Positions 31,373 through 32,000 of a stretch of 32,000 nt of DNA are shown piece by piece; the stretch's first letter is position 1; each line of letters begins with the position of its first letter. The DNA lies in NCBI RefSeq assembly GCF_000012925.1, contig NC_007517.1, positions 2,220,001 through 2,252,000 of the forward strand. Direction: 5' to 3'. A program made the position numbers and the translations under genes. The notes beneath the pieces were generated by a model. The model searched no databases. It worked only from the letters and a program-made list of their open reading frames with translations, and was not told the DNA's origin. Origin of the DNA: Geobacter metallireducens GS-15. GTDB taxonomy: Bacteria > Desulfobacterota > Desulfuromonadia > Geobacterales > Geobacteraceae.

Positions 31373-32000
31373 TCACCTAACACCGAGTAGCATTTCACGC
31401 GCTTCACGAACCAACTTCCATTTATTAAGAAGACCATGGAGTACAAAATAAATAAATGCAATTACTATAACTTTTGCAACTACTCCCATCACCGACTCAG
31501 CAGAAAAATAATCTCTAAGAAATAAGGATAGCGCAATAATTACTGACGCCGAAAGGAATGCATCTTTCGTTGCTGATACAAATTCGCTAAATTGTATGTC
31601 TGTGGTTTTTTTAACTATCGGATAATAGATCCCATACTGCACAAGATAAGTAGCGGTTATTAGCAACGAAACACCCTCTATTCCATAAAATTTCAACATC
31701 GGATAGATAAGGACGACTTCAATGATTGCCGAAAGAGCCGTTGTTTTGAGAAGAACCTTGTTCATATCAAGGGCCATTAGTACGTTGCCCAACGGTTCGA
31801 GTAGAAAGCGAACAATGCCATAAGCGCACAATATTCTTAAACTCTGAAGCGCAGGTAACCATTTATCTGTTCCATGGCCCAGCACATGGACCAAAAAATC
31901 TCTCGAAATGAGAAGTAGGGTAACGTTAGCCAAAATACCTACAAAACTTACATACTCCAAAACTCTAAAATATGATCTTTTAATCCGCCCCCGATCCTGC
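31373..32000 (-). CDS. C-terminal part of a Wzx/MOP-type polysaccharide flippase, 5' end beyond the window
   Basis: The reading frame stays open from 31960 up to base 32000 (QDRGRIKRSYFRVLEYVSF...), so the gene is window-truncated. Five to six hydrophobic helices resemble the polysaccharide-biosynthesis C-terminal domain. The gene is AT-rich. Confidence 0.65.
   Translation of the reverse strand, partial: QDRGRIKRSYFRVLEYVSFVGILANVTLLLISRDFLVHVLGHGTDKWLPALQSLRILCAYGIVRFLLEPLGNVLMALDMNKVLLKTTALSAIIEVVLIYPMLKFYGIEGVSLLITATYLVQYGIYYPIVKKTTDIQFSEFVSATKDAFLSASVIIALSLFLRDYFSAESVMGVVAKVIVIAFIYFVLHGLLNKWKLVREAREMLLGVR

Overview
High-GC (about 60%), gene-dense bacterial window dominated by an exosortase (XrtA/EpsH-type) exopolysaccharide locus, probably from a Geobacter-like Desulfuromonadota organism (taxon guess is low confidence). 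The left end (1-3163, + strand) holds a truncated gene, a small coiled-coil lipoprotein and a large GAF/His-kinase-like/GAF/HD-GYP signalling protein behind a consensus sigma-54 promoter. Converging on it is a minus-strand operon of a UDP-sugar 6-dehydrogenase, prsK and prsR, the PEP-CTERM two-component system with a sigma-54 activator. A divergent secreted protein (8165-10315, possibly TIGR03790-like, with an FN3-like tail) follows. From 32000 down to 10287 runs one very long minus-strand gene array: flippase, methyltransferase, GT2, Wzy/O-antigen-ligase-like, membrane GT2, PaaK/CapK-like adenylating enzyme, SufS-like cysteine desulfurase, polysaccharide deacetylase, GT4, exosortase, EpsI, two GT4s, and then four exported proteins (heparinase II/III-like, transglutaminase+CARDB, Ig-like, GH123/DUF4091-like). 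Many junctions are 4-nt stop/start overlaps. The signals the gene models do not explain are listed here. (1) Three copies of a ~100-115 nt intercistronic inverted-repeat element built from 8-nt xxxGAAAG units, whose substitutions keep pairing (G-U) only in the sense-strand RNA. (2) Two of these copies exactly bracket an adenylating-enzyme + cysteine-desulfurase pair that is unusual for an EPS operon. (3) An exported enzyme block is translationally chained to xrtA-epsI. (4) The sigma-54-driven signalling protein has both an eroded kinase ATPase domain and an eroded HD motif. (5) A low-GC cassette lies at the right end. No tRNA/rRNA, CRISPR, transposase or PEP-CTERM substrate gene was seen. All family assignments rest on motifs read by eye and need HMM or BLAST confirmation.
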